Origin: the human T2T-CHM13v2.0 reference genome, Homo sapiens
DNA length: 64,000 nucleotides
Reading direction: 5' to 3' (one strand)
Assembly (NCBI RefSeq): GCF_009914755.1
Contig: NC_060929.1
In this document: positions 1 to 11,646 of the stretch, piece after piece
How the letters are laid out: each line of letters begins with the position of its first letter
Position numbering within the stretch: position 1 is the stretch's first letter
Made by a program: the position numbers and the translations under genes
Notes under the pieces: generated by a model
What the model was told of the DNA's origin: nothing
The model's input: the letters and a program-made list of their open reading frames with translations, nothing else
Database searches by the model: none

Positions 1-155
1 TTCGGCCTCTGTCAAACTGGGTCAAGGTCCCTTCTTGGGTTCCACCAGCACTGAGCCATCTCTTGGGGTTTGCATGCCTGTCTGTCCCACCAGGTTTGTC
101 CTATTGAGCCCCATTTCTGAAGCCCAGCACATGGATGAAGCCTGGAACATGGCCA

Positions 156-417
156 GATGGATAAATGGATGGATGGGAGGGTGGATGGATAGATGGATGG
201 GTGGGTGGGTGGATGGGTGGGTGGATGGATGGTGGATGAGTGGATGAGTGTGTGGATGGATGGATGGATGGAAGGGTAGATGGATGGATGGATGGATGGA
301 TGATGGGTGGATGGGTGGATGAGTGGGCAGATGGATGGATGGTGGATGGATGGATGGGTGGATGGCTGGGTGGATGGATGGATGGATGGATGGATGGACG
401 GATAGATGGATGGATGA
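156..417. repeat. Degenerate (TGGA)n/(GGAT)n simple repeat
   Basis: Continuous ATGG/GTGG units; explains the W/M/D/G-rich and H/P/S-rich ORFs at 35-554. Confidence 0.97.
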
Positions 418-944
418 GTTGCCTAATAAGCATGGGCCATCATAACGAACAGCTCAAACTGAATGATGTCCAAGGTTTACTGTGGACATGGAGGCTGCCC
501 TGCTCAGCTTGGATGGACTGGAGGGGCCCACATAAGAGCCATCTCTACCTCTGATCAGGACAAGGATGAGCAATGCCTATGGATGACAGAGACTCACTTG
601 ACAAAAATGAGATGCCCTCCCTTCTAGGGCATCCCTTGCTCCTGTAGACTGGTTGCTTCCATTCTTGATTCCCATCTGGGTGGGCCATACAGTGTCAGCC
701 CACATCAGCCTGCTGTGGGCATCTTCTAGCCCAGACAGATGGGCACAGGACTGGCCCCCTATCTCGGAGAGACCCACAGACTTGCCTTCCTTCATCTTAG
801 GAGGTGGAGGGAACAGGAGATGCCAGATGATACCTATTCCTAGAAATATTGGGACAACCACTGCTTGGAATGGAGAAGGTGGGCCCTAAGGCACAGCCAG
901 ATTTTTCTGTGTTAGCAAGGAGATGGGGAATTAAAATCTGTTAA

Positions 945-1160
945 CACCTCCCATGTGCCAAGCACTTTACACACTTTGTCTCTAAGCTATACACCAGCTT
1001 TATAGATGGTTACTTACATACACACACATGCACAGACACACACCGATTTTACAGATGTGAAAACTGAGGCTCAGAGAGAGGTAGAGTGGCAGGTCCAAGA
1101 TAACACATTGAATTAGTGGTGGAGCTAGGGTTTGATCCAGGTTCCATGTGGCCCCACAGT
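945..1160 (-). mobile_element. MIR SINE
   Basis: MIR core TTTACAGATGTGAAAACTGAGGCTCAGAGAG ... GTGGAGCTAGGGTTTGATCCAGG. Confidence 0.85.
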
Positions 1161-2056
1161 GTTTTCAGGGACCCTTCAGCTAGCAAGAACCTCTACCTCG
1201 AGTGTCCTGTACCCTCTTCTGTCACAGAGACAGGAGTTCCTGGCCTCCTCCCTCTTCTCTTGCTGAGGCTGCCCAGTTCTCGCTGCTGCTGCCAAGTGCT
1301 GAGACCTGATTTGAATTTGGGGTTCTCTCCACTGCAGCCCAACAAAGGTTTTTATTGGAATGCCCCTTAGATTTCCAGATTTTGAAGATGTTTCAACAAT
1401 GCAGTAAAAGGCAGGTCTTTGCCACAACAAAAGGCAGAAATATCACCAAGAAGTAAACAGAATTCCTTGGCCACTTCAGAGCATGTGTCAACATCTCTTT
1501 CCCCTCCTCTCCCCCTGCCCCTTTTCTTGTCTTTTCTTTCTTTACTTTTCTCTTCTCTTCCTTTCTTGTCTGCAGATTCAGATCTTGTCGGTAAAGGTAG
1601 CTTGCTGACACGAATGGGCTGAGCCGTGGTTTGCCCTAAACTCAGCAGCTCTGTCTCAGAACAGATGCCGGGGCTTTGGTAAACTGAGAAAGCATAAACT
1701 GCTGCGAGACGCTTTCCTGATGACCACAATTACCCACATGGAAAAGCCATTCTGCAGCTCCAGTCCCTCGCCCTACCCCCTGGCACACACATGTAGTGGC
1801 CTCAGCTTCAGAAACAGGGCTTCCCAGAGCAAAAATATATGTGACGTGTACAAAACGGCTTGCTTTCAACCCATGGATGGAAATTGAATGCATTTGGAAA
1901 GTCCATGCTTAAAAACAATCTTGGTAGAAAGCGTGCCTGTTGACAATGGTGCCTCTAAGTGAGGCCTCACTCCCCAGGCAGGCTTATGAGGGGCTGAGAA
2001 CAAGCAGTCGGGCCCCACCTGGGACCCCCTCTCACTCAGGAGACAGTCCCCGGGGC

Positions 2057-2372
2057 AGAGTGTGTGGGAGTGTATAAGAGTGTGTAAGTGTATGAGCATA
2101 TGGCAGTGTGAGTGCATGTGGCGTGTGTGTGTCTGTGCGTGAATGTGTAAACGGTGAATATGTGTAAGCATGTGTACAGCCTGTGAGAGTGTGTGTGTGT
2201 GGCAAGTATGTGTTCACTGCATGTCTAGTCTGTGAGTGTGTGTGTATCCACGTGTGAGGGCATGTGTGTCTGTGTGGGGAATGTGAGTGTGTCTGTACGT
2301 GTGTGTGAATGGGTACAATGTGTGCACAATACACACATGCTTGTACAACTGTGTGCATGGCTGTGTGTGTGT
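2057..2372. repeat. Degenerate (TG)n simple repeat
   Basis: About 315 bp of interrupted TG/CA dinucleotides; source of the His/Thr-rich ORFs. Confidence 0.93.
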
Positions 2373-2679
2373 GAAGAGAGACAAAGAGGGGCAAGATGCA
2401 ACCCTTCCATCCTTTTCCAAGGAAGCAAATGTCACCGAGCACCTCCCTTGTGCCTGAAGGAGGAGGAGCTGGGGAGAGTGTTGATCTCAGGAAAGGTGGG
2501 GTCGTGGCCTCTCAGAGCTTAGAGGAGATTTTGAGACAGAGACCAGGTTAAGGACATCATCGAAGAGCAAGCCGAGACCATTTTGAAGGGTGCACTGGAG
2601 AGGGGAAAGAGGAATGAAGGGATTAGGCATAGACAGCATTGGCATAGAATGGCAAAGAAACCTAAACTCAGACCAGTTA

Positions 2680-2860
2680 GTCCTGAGTGTGGGCTCATCT
2701 CTACCCCTTCCTGACAGTGAGATCTTGAGCAAGTCACTTTTTCCCAGGCCTCAGTTTCTGCAAGTAAAGTAGGGCTAAGAAAACATCGCATTCATGGAAA
2801 CATGGAAAAGAATGTGTGCAAATCAACTGTAGGCCAAGCATTCAAGAAGTCGCAGCTGGT
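2680..2860 (+). mobile_element. MIR SINE
   Basis: GATCTTGAGCAAGTCACTT...GCCTCAGTTTCT core. Confidence 0.7.
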
Positions 2861-2879
2861 ATTCTTATTATAATCACGT

Positions 2880-3020
2880 TCCCCGGATGTGACCTGGGAG
2901 GAAGGCATCATTTCCCCATTTTAGGGATGAGAAAACTGAAACCCGACGGCCTCACAGCCACATGGTGACAGAGTTGGGGCTGGCCCTCAGAGCCATCCGG
3001 CTTCGAAATCTACCGCCTCA
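2880..3020 (-). mobile_element. MIR fragment
   Basis: CCCCATTTTAGGGATGAGAAAACTGA core. Confidence 0.6.
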
Positions 3021-3564
3021 CCTTTTCTGCTGAGGCTCTGACCTCCAGAAATCCTGGAGGTGGCAGAGCTCAGCCTTCTGTGAAGCCCTCTGAGATTCTG
3101 TGGGAAGGAGAGGCCCAGCACAGGGCAGGGGCTTCCCTGGTGGGAGAACATTTTGGATACCAAGACAGGAAGTGGCCTCCAATGAGGAACACTCTGTTTT
3201 GGAGTAAGCGGGGAGCAAGCTCCTATCTGTGAGGCCCAGGAAATGCCCTGGGGGTTGAGAGGTGACCAAGACGCAGACCGGGACCCTTTAAAACACCGTA
3301 AAACCCTGGCCGTACCATTCCCCTGACCAGTGGTCATTCAACAGCTATTAGCCCCTTCCCATGAAAAGGGGCTCCAGACCACGATTAGACGCCATTGCCC
3401 TTTCCAACGTTTACAGTGGTCCAAAAATAGAATGGACTTTGTGAGGGAGTGAGGTTCCCATCAATGGCAATCTGGGATATGGTTGTAGAGCTGAACACAG
3501 TATAGAACATTCAGCAATTCAGTGGCTGATGCAATTTAGTGTGACATTATCTACCAAGAGGCTC

Positions 3565-3695
3565 TATTCATTCCATCAGACACACGACATGCATTTATTA
3601 AGCACCTGCTGGATGCTGAGAACTGTGCTGTGCACACAGGAGATGCAAAATTAATATAACATAATCCATGCCTTCAAGAAGCCTCTGTTCTAGCT
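3565..3695 (-). mobile_element. L2 LINE 3' end
   Basis: TTCATTC...CATTTATTAAGCACCTGCT...TGCCTTCAAGAAGC...TCTAG, typical of the L2 3' end. Confidence 0.7.
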
Positions 3696-3904
3696 TAAGT
3701 CTCTCTCTCTCACTTACGTCCCTCGCTGGTTCTCATTTTGTTTTAGTCATGGATGAAGTTTGGTGGGTCATGGCTTTAGCATTCTAAGCAAGTATACTGC
3801 ATATTTGGTATTCATTGTTCTGTTTTTTTAAAAAGTATTTAAGACAAGTGACTTAGGTTGTTTTTGTGAACATGAGGCTTGATCTGACTGCTTTTCTTCT
3901 AAAG

Positions 3905-4105
3905 CAGGACTTCTCAATCTCCTCACTAGTGACATTTGGGGCTATAGAATTCTTTGTTTTGGGGGCTGTCCTGTGCTAATGGCATCCCTGACCTCTACCC
4001 TCTAGATGCTAGAAGCACCCCCTCCCTAAGTTGGGACCATCGAAACATCTCCAAGTATTGCCAGATGTCCTCGGGGACAAAACCATGCCCAGTTGAGAAC
4101 AACTG
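3905..4105 (-). mobile_element. MER20 (hAT-Charlie MITE) with 8-bp TSD
   Basis: TIRs CAGGACTTCTCAA...TTGAGAACAACTG, MER20 body, perfect TSD TTCTAAAG at 3897-3904 and 4106-4113. Confidence 0.92.
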
Positions 4106-4354
4106 TTCTAAAGGAGTCTCTCCACTAAGGCAAGGCCCAAAGTGAGGAATAAGATACATACAGTAAATCCAGGGTCCCTGCACCTGAGGACCTTCTAATC
4201 CTATAGTGCCTGCATTAACTAAACACATGGAAGATAAAGTATGACCATGGATGGTGTGCTGAGCACTGAGCCACCGCCCGCTGGAGAGGAGAGGGCCTAG
4301 GTGCTAGGCCTGGAGGCCGGATCATCCAATCCCACGGAAGAACTGTGGGATTTG

Positions 4355-4455
4355 AATACCTGTTTCCTCACCAGGAAATGGCATTATTGTGAGAATTTGA
4401 GTGAAATCCAATTTGTACAAAGCACAAAGTAGGTGTCCCATCAACATGAATTACC
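4355..4455 (+). mobile_element. MIR fragment
   Basis: CTGTTTCCTCACCAGGAAATGG...TTGTGAGAATT. Confidence 0.55.
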
Positions 4456-5471
4456 TTCCTTTTTTCTTCAACTCCAATGCCACTTTTCCTAACTCCAGGA
4501 TCAGCAGCAGCAAATGCCACCAGCTAGCAACTTCACTGTCCTGCCTCACCCCCTCTCTCTGGACAAACGGCAGAGTAAAACAGTGTCCTCTTGGGAGTCC
4601 AGGCACATAGACACCCGAGTATCTCTGAGTTGGGGATGTGTAGAGCCTGGAGCAAAGGCATCACTCCCCTGACTGCCCATCTTTTGTTCCACACACAGGG
4701 CAGTTTTCAGACTCATCAAACAAACAGGAAAAAAAAAAAAGGTTTCCACAAGCCAGACTTCGAAAGCATAAAATCAGCTGCAGAAAACTTCTGAACTTGA
4801 GCTAGCATGTTATTGGGCAAATTTTGAGTGCCATTTGCATTTGTTGCAAACAGCTCTTGGAGGGTTTCTTGGAAACCTGTTGAGCAGTGATTTTTTTTTT
4901 TCATTAGCCACTAGTTGCTAAATGCATGGGCATCATAGCACTCTGGGCATCATGGTTTGTAAGCAGCTGAAAACCTGAGATCAAGTGCAAGGAGGACTCT
5001 GGCTGCCAAATTTCAGGGCAGGGAGAAATAAAAGGAAAAAAGAGAAATGTGGAATGTGTTTCTACTTACTGTCCATTCCAGTAAAATGAAAAGATCTCTC
5101 CTCCAAACATATGTTACTGCTTAGGCCAGAAACTGTATATATTGGTCTAAATCCAGAATGGTCTGTGTGACATATTACTCTGTATGACAAAATTACTACA
5201 ACCTGCATTCGCTGTAGAAATGCCTGCTGCAACAGTAAAGGATGATAATTTGTTGTACAACAGAAGTACATAATAATTTCATGTCAGTGTGGGCCAGGCC
5301 TTGGGATTTTCAAAAGGAAATCTCAGATGCATGTGGACCAGTGTTGAATAGGCACCCCCGATCCCTCCTCCTCTACCCCCACCCCCCCAACACTCATATC
5401 GTGTGTGATCAGAATAGGAGAAAGTGGGGCTTTATTTATAACATACCATATTCCACTTGAAAGTGACAAGA

Positions 5472-5507
5472 ACACACACACACATACACACACAGACATA
5501 CACACAC
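5472..5507. repeat. (CA)n microsatellite, interrupted
   Basis: Read directly from the sequence. Confidence 0.9.
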
Positions 5508-6077
5508 AATCAACACTAAAAATAAAGTCAAGTGGCAATCTGGTGTTCTCATGCATGAGGCACCAGTGGTCAGAGCTGGTTCACCAACCAAAGGGTGAAG
5601 GACGGTCAAGGAGCCAACAGACAGGAATGTTCATCTTTCAGCACTGAGCTGCTTCGAACCCGTCCAGAGTGAAGCCACGTGAATTCCTCAAGACCCCTCC
5701 TTCCTGCACCCGACAAACCACAGCCCCCTCTTTGGCCCTTGTCTGGGCTAAGGTTTCATTACAAAGCCCGGGCCCCATTCCAATCCTCTCATCTGTCCCT
5801 CTAATGGGCTCCGACAGATCACTCCACAGTACACGGATTCTCGTTGGGATAACGTCTTGGAGAGTAGCAACCTGAAATATGATCTAGTCAGAGTGCGTTA
5901 ACGGTAAAGCATTTCTTTATGACACTTTTCACAAAGCAAGGTTGCAAACCAGGGAGAAATATACGACTAGAAAAATGGAATGCAGAACACAAAAGCAGCC
6001 CAGGTGCTGAGACATGTTAGCGCGTGACACAGTGTTTCCCGATGTGGACACTTCAGTTCCAGGAAAATGTTAAAACA

Positions 6078-6196
6078 TTCTTTTCTCTTCCTTCTCTCCC
6101 TTTCCTTCCTTCCTTCCCTTTCTTCCTTCTTTCTTTGTCTTCCTTTCTTCCTTTTGCTCCTGCCTTTCTTTCCTTCCATCTTTCCTTCCGTTTCCT
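6078..6196. repeat. Polypyrimidine (TTCC/TTTC)n low-complexity tract
   Basis: Almost exclusively C/T on the + strand. Confidence 0.9.
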
Positions 6197-7344
6197 GTCA
6201 TGTTGGGCAGATTTTCAGAGTGGGAAAGAAGAGACTTCCCTGGGCAGCGTTATTGAAGTGTCCTTTTCTGGGTGTTACCCCGGATAATCTGGTCATCCAA
6301 GCACTGCTGTCCTCCCAGATCATATCATCTAAATTTCAAACCTATTGTTCCACTAGAAAATTAGCTAGGCTCTTCTCAGACACACTTAAAATGTTCCTAC
6401 AAAGGAAAAGATCCCATAAAACCCTTTTATATCTCAATTACATCAAAATCTCACTTAATTTGTCTCTCCTATCAGGGGCAATGACTTAAGCTACCGTGGC
6501 TTCAGGGAACCAAGCCTTCTCTGCTGTCAGCTGGGCAGCCAGACCTGTATTCTGGGTTTGGTGACCGTCGAAAATCTATCTTCTTAGAGTTTTTTGGTTC
6601 AATAAAACCTGAAACATATTTTGCCTGGCGTTTTTCCTCAGGATTTTTAAGCCCGTGTGTACTTTATGGCAAATGGGATCCATATGTCCCTGATTCATTG
6701 ATACTTAAGCCATTAGGATGCTGTGTTGTAAGAACACTTTGATGTCCAAGGGCTGTCTTGCCATTTGCAGGACTTTTTTCTTCACAAACAGGAAGTTTTC
6801 CCTTCTCAAGGAGTACACAAAGCAAGAGGCCGGCTCCCCCAGAATGTGTGACAGTGAGTGGGAGGCAGTCCCGGCCTCCAGGATGTGCTTGTCTGGCCCC
6901 CAGACCCTGCCCCGGGGTGGGGAAGGAAGGGGCCTTGTGTAAGGAGCCTTGGAGCCAGGATTGGGCCTGCCCCTGGCGCCTGGGTCATTAGTCCCCTGCC
7001 CGGCAACCCTGCGACTCAGAACTGCCTCCCGGAGTGGACTCAGCGTGCCTTGGCATGTTTACTGCTTTTTAAGGGACATCAAAATAACACTCAAGAAAAA
7101 CAAACAGCCAAGCACCATGGCTGAAGAGAAGGTCAGGGACGTCACTTGCCCTCCTTTCTTCAGGACTGCTGTGGAGACTGCCTTGGGCTTGGTTCAGGGG
7201 ATAGACCAGTTCCAGGTGCAGCGGACACCATTCCCCAGGGCATCTGCAGGTTCTCTCGATGATCACTCTTTTGTCAGGGACCAGCGCATACCTCACAAGG
7301 TCCAGACGGGCCTCATGACCACCAGGTAAAGGCAGGAGACAGCC

Positions 7345-7520
7345 AGGGCTTTGGACACTGGCAGGCTTAGGTTTGGGATCCCAGCTCTGCCACCTACTGC
7401 CTCGGGTGCATGACTTCACCCACTAGAGACTCAGTTTCCCTTTCTGCAAGCTCTAAAAGCCAGCCTGCAGAGTTGTTATGAAAAACATGCCCAGAGGTGG
7501 ATCAGCTGCGGTACCAAGCC
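7345..7520 (+). mobile_element. MIR SINE
   Basis: GGCTTTGGA...GGATCCCAGCTCTGCCACCTACT...CTCAGTTTCCCTTTCTGCAA. Confidence 0.8.
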
Positions 7521-8145
7521 CTCCTCACTTCCGTCTACACGGACGTGGTCACCTGTTTGGCTTTCCAGCCTCTCAGCCTGCTCTCTCCTTCTGCCCGTGG
7601 CTCTCTCTCATGTGTTTTCTGGGTGGGAGTGTGGGCTCTCTCCCTCGCCCAAGAGGCCAGTCAAGGGCAGGCCCATGACTTAGGCCCAGCCAGAGGAGGA
7701 CTGCATGTGTGAGTTTGCGTTTCGAGCTTGTGACCTCAGCACATGAGGGTGGCGGGGGTCAGACTCAGTGCAGCAGCAGTGGCACTAGGCGGCCAATGTG
7801 TTTCTGCTGTGTATTCCTGCCTCCTCCATCCCGAGACATTCTTGGTCCCATTCACAGTCCAGTCCCAGCTCTCCAGCCTCCTGTCAACTCTGGGAGTCTC
7901 CGAAGTCCTGCTGATGGGAGTCCTTATTGCTCAGGATGGAGAAAACTTTTGTTTCTTGCAGCCAAGAACCCTGACAAATCCATACCCTTAAGCCCAGCTC
8001 ACACATTCATTCTAACATCTACCCTGGTGATAATCCTTGTTCAATGTTCGCCACAGCCTCTGCTCTTCCTGCTCTCTCACTCCCTCACAACCTCCACACT
8101 TGTCCGTCACCTCCTCCCTCATGGCCTCTTTTCCTCTGCTCCCCA

Positions 8146-8612
8146 TGTGTAGAAGACACCCACACCCTTTGGGTCTCAAGTAGAGCTGACTCTAGGGGTA
8201 AGCACACAACCCAGACATGGCCAGTTGGAGAACTGCACCCCTCTGGACAGGCTCATTGGCTCAGGAATAGGCACATGACCTAAGTTGATCCAGTAAGTTG
8301 ATCTTGTATGACATTTTCTGGAACTCTTGGAGCATGAAGCACTCTTTCAGCTGGAGTTGCTAAACTAGTTGGTTATAGACCTGGAGCTGTAGCGGGCAAA
8401 GATGGACACTGCAAAGGGACAAACTGCCTGAAAAGGAAGCCAATACAGGAAAGTAGAGTCCATAGATAAAGACAGTGTCTTGATGACATTGTTTAAACCC
8501 CTGGATCCAGCCATGCCTGAAACCATCACATCCCTAGACTTGTTGAATATGTAAGCAAATCTACTTAAGCCAGGTAAAATTGGGATTTTGTCACTTACAA
8601 CGGAAAGAGTAC
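8146..8612 (+). mobile_element. MaLR solo LTR (MLT1K/L-like)
   Basis: CATTGGCTCAGGAATAGGCACATGACCTAAG; CTGGATCCAGCCATGCCTGAA; CTTAAGCCAG...TTGTCACTTACAAC 3' end. Confidence 0.8.
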
Positions 8613-8619
8613 ACTGCCT

Positions 8620-9130
8620 TAAATCCTACAGTTGCTTACTTGAACCAGTCCTTTGCCAATATATGTAACTTCCTTGGTTCCATTCTTCTTCTACTACCCA
8701 ACCTAGGAAAACCCCAGTCCTGGATGACTCCAACAATCAACCTTCCTGGCTCCAGCTCCCAGGCTGCAGAGAGCTGCTAGGGAAAACCACAGCAGATGTA
8801 CTGGCTGCATTTCAACTACTTGGTCTCCAAATTCAACCCGGTCCTCGATGGTGCCCTATAACACTACGGGTCACTGGCCCCAGCCCAATGTAGCTCTCCG
8901 CACATGAAATTCTTCTTTCAAACCCCCAGACTCATCAGTTCTCTTCTGCTCTCAGCAGGTGTTCCTACCTCTTGCTTCCTTAAGAAGCATTTAAGGCCAC
9001 CTTCAACTTCTGCCCTTTCTGTCCACACACTAGCCCCACAGAATTCTACCTGTAGGTACAGCTATCCTTTCCTTCTAGGCTCCTGCCTCGGAGGGAGAGG
9101 TGGACTGCCTGTTGTCCAAGGCTGAATCTT
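8620..9130 (+). mobile_element. L2 ORF2 fragment (further pieces at ~7900-8140 and ~9990-10230)
   Basis: AAACCCCAGTCCTGGATG...GCTGCAGAGAGCTGCTAGGGAAAACCAC...ACTGG resembles the L2 internal consensus. Confidence 0.65.
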
Positions 9131-9759
9131 CCTCCCTTCTGTTTTGGCTTTGGGAAAAGACAGACCTGAGTTCAGCCCCAGCTCTGCCACAAAACTAGCC
9201 ACGTGGTTTATGGCCACCATGACTTGGCTCCCTGTGATCAAGCTTTCCTGGGCTTTGTGGCATTGCAGAGGACAGCACCTATTCCCAGAATGGGCATTGT
9301 CACATAATCACAATGTGACTGTTCATTTTAAAAGTCACATCCTTATTATATGATTATGCAGCAATATGGTCCTGTTGTTATGGGAACATATTATTCCTGT
9401 AATCCAATTCTTATAACTGTACAAATATTTGTGTTGGAGTTCCTGGGGGAGGGGGCTGGGAATAGGGCAGTAGACAAAAAGCCTGAAAGGCACTCACACA
9501 AAGCTTCCCACCACTTGGCGGGACCCAAGACTGGACAGGCAGAAAACCACCCCTGCCATCGCCCAAAGGCATCCTTTGAAAGGGAGTTGGGAGAAGCTGA
9601 GAAGGCATGCCACCTGCATCCTCTGACCTAACGTCACCCGGTGTTCCTCACTGTGACCAGCCCCCTCGTCGCACTGCCATGGACAGCATTGCACAGATGT
9701 GAGTGTGCCAGGTACTCACTCTGCCACCAGTGTTCATCAACCCTCAAATGCAGCATTTC

Positions 9760-9955
9760 AAAGAAGCTTTCACTGTGTGATCTCCAGCAAGCTGCTTCAC
9801 CTTTCTGAGTTTGGTTGCCTCATCTGCAGGATGAGAATGACGTGACCCTCTCCTCCCAGGGCAGTGGGAGGCATGGAGGAGGGTATGGAATGTAGCCCTC
9901 CACATGGCTCCTGGTGTGCGGGCAGCACACACGGAACAGTGCCTGCTGTTGCTCA
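9760..9955 (+). mobile_element. MIR SINE
   Basis: CTGTGTGATCTCCAGCAAGCTGCTTCACCTTTCTGAG...CCTCATCTGCAGGATG. Confidence 0.7.
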
Positions 9956-10333
9956 TCTCATTCCCTACCCACCCCATCAGGATGTGTGGCCTCTTCCATC
10001 CCATTAACTCCTCCTCCTCAACCTATCAATCCATTCTAGTTTCTCAGCTCTGAAATTAAAATAAAACCAAAACCTCTCCTCACACCACATCCAATTCCCA
10101 CCACCGTCTCCCTCTTCCTTTCTACAATCACATTTCTTGAGTATTTCTTCCCTGACAATGTCTACGCCTTTTTTTCCCGTTCATACCTCAAAGCCCACTC
10201 AAGGCCAGCAGAGATTCTCCTCAGATTTACCAAGGATGCCTGGGAAAGCCTATTCTTATATGTACCTTAGCAGCACAAATACAGAGGAAGCTGGCAGAAG
10301 ACTGAGGGATGTGTTGAAAGAAAGCAGCCCCAG

Positions 10334-10478
10334 TAGGGCTGAGACTAAGGTGTGGTGAGTGAGGCACCCAGGGTGCAAAGTTTCAGGAGGCGCTCACTCT
10401 CAGAGTTGTGCAAGAATGAGCGCCTCCTCAAATTCTGCAGCCAAGGCACCTATTTGCCTTACCCTAGTCATAGCCCTG
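10334..10478. mobile_element. MER96-like palindromic hAT MITE
   Basis: Ends TAGGGCTGAGACTAAGGT / ACCCTAGTCATAGCCCTG; perfect internal inverted repeat AGGAGGCGCTCA (10385-10396) / TGAGCGCCTCCT (10417-10428). Confidence 0.85.
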
Positions 10479-10589
10479 CTTCTCAAAATAATCCAAAGTT
10501 TAGTTTATTTCTAACACAAAAAGCATACAAAAAAGGATACCATGCGGTCACTAAAAGGAATGAAATGGATCCTTTCATACAGCTTTTAT

Positions 10590-11028
10590 GCAGCTACTCC
10601 CTCTGGCCACTCGTTGCCATAGGAACAGAGGCCCAGGGTCGCTGGAGGTTCTAACGTTTCAAGAGAAGTTGGAAATGTTAATTTTTATGTGAAAGCTTAT
10701 GACTTTGGAAATTGCTAACAGAATAGATTTCAAGTGTTCTCACCACAAAAAAATGGTAAGTATGTGAGGTAATAGGTATGTTCATTAGCTTGGTTTAGCC
10801 ATTCCACAGTGTATACCTATATCAAAACATGCTGTACACCATAAATATATATGACTTTTATATGTCAATTAAAATAAATAAGTAAATAAACCAAAAAACA
10901 CACAAAAAAGGAAGCTCATGACTTTCAAATGTCATCAAAGTCAAATTAAATATCGAACACTTCATCTGCCAAATAAAACTTATCACTAGGCTAGATTCAG
11001 CCTTCATTCGGCAGATCACAGACTTCTA
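10590..11028 (-). mobile_element. MER103C-like hAT-Charlie element split by an L1 fragment
   Basis: GTTGCCAT...GGCCCAGGGT...TTCAAGAGAAG...ATTTTTATGTGAAA, resuming after the L1 with GCCAAATAAAAC...GACTTCTAG. Confidence 0.7.
10707..10910 (+). mobile_element. L1MA-type 3' end, 5'-truncated, with TSD
   Basis: TGTTCTCACCACAAAAAAATGGTAAGTATGTGAGGTAAT...AGCCATTCCACAGTGTATA, A-rich tail, ~15-bp TSD AAAGCTTATGACTTT / GAAGCTCATGACTTT. Confidence 0.88.
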
Positions 11029-11646
11029 GGATCTGCTGGCTAAAGAGATGATGATCAGGGTCTGGGAGGTGTAGATGTGTGTTGAGGGTGGATGCAAAAA
11101 GAGGCAGAGAGTAAGGAAAGTGGTATCTCTGGTTGCTGGGAGGGCAAGGAATCAGGCCCCCCACCCACAGCAGTAGCATCCTAGGGGATGGCAGAACCCC
11201 AGAAGTGGCTAGGTGGTGCTATCCTACATACTGGGGTTTCCAGTCTCAGCAAAGACTCCATCCCCATGTGGATCTGAAGAGAACATGCCGGCCGGGCAAC
11301 AAGTGTCTCCTTGGCAGCCAGTGTGCACTGGGGGAGATGGATGACCAAAGGCTCTCCCTGACATAACCCAGGAGTAGGGGAGCCCCAGGGATGACTGAAC
11401 TTGAGTTTCCTGCTAGGCCATCAGAATGGGACCTTCAGATCATTTTAAAGCTGATCAAAAAAGATAATAGGAAATGGTTATTTCTTGCCCACCTGAGATT
11501 CACATTCTCTATGCTTTTAAGTGCATTTTTCTATTTTTGTCTATATTTAGCCTTTTAAGTAATTTTTTTAGAGTTGTGCCCTGGCTAAGAACTGCCATTC
11601 TTCATATCTGTCTTCCTCACCACCAGATCCTGAGAGCCTTTACCAC

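Noticed and set aside
35-554. W/M/D/G-rich and H/P/S-rich ORFs
   Set aside because: Translations of the (TGGA)n repeat
1866-2522. His/Thr-rich and Cys/Val-rich ORFs
   Set aside because: Translations of the degenerate (TG)n repeat
3350-3373. AGCCCCTT...AAGGGGCT hairpin resembling a terminator
   Set aside because: An 8-bp stem is expected by chance in 64 kb; eukaryotic context, no U-tract
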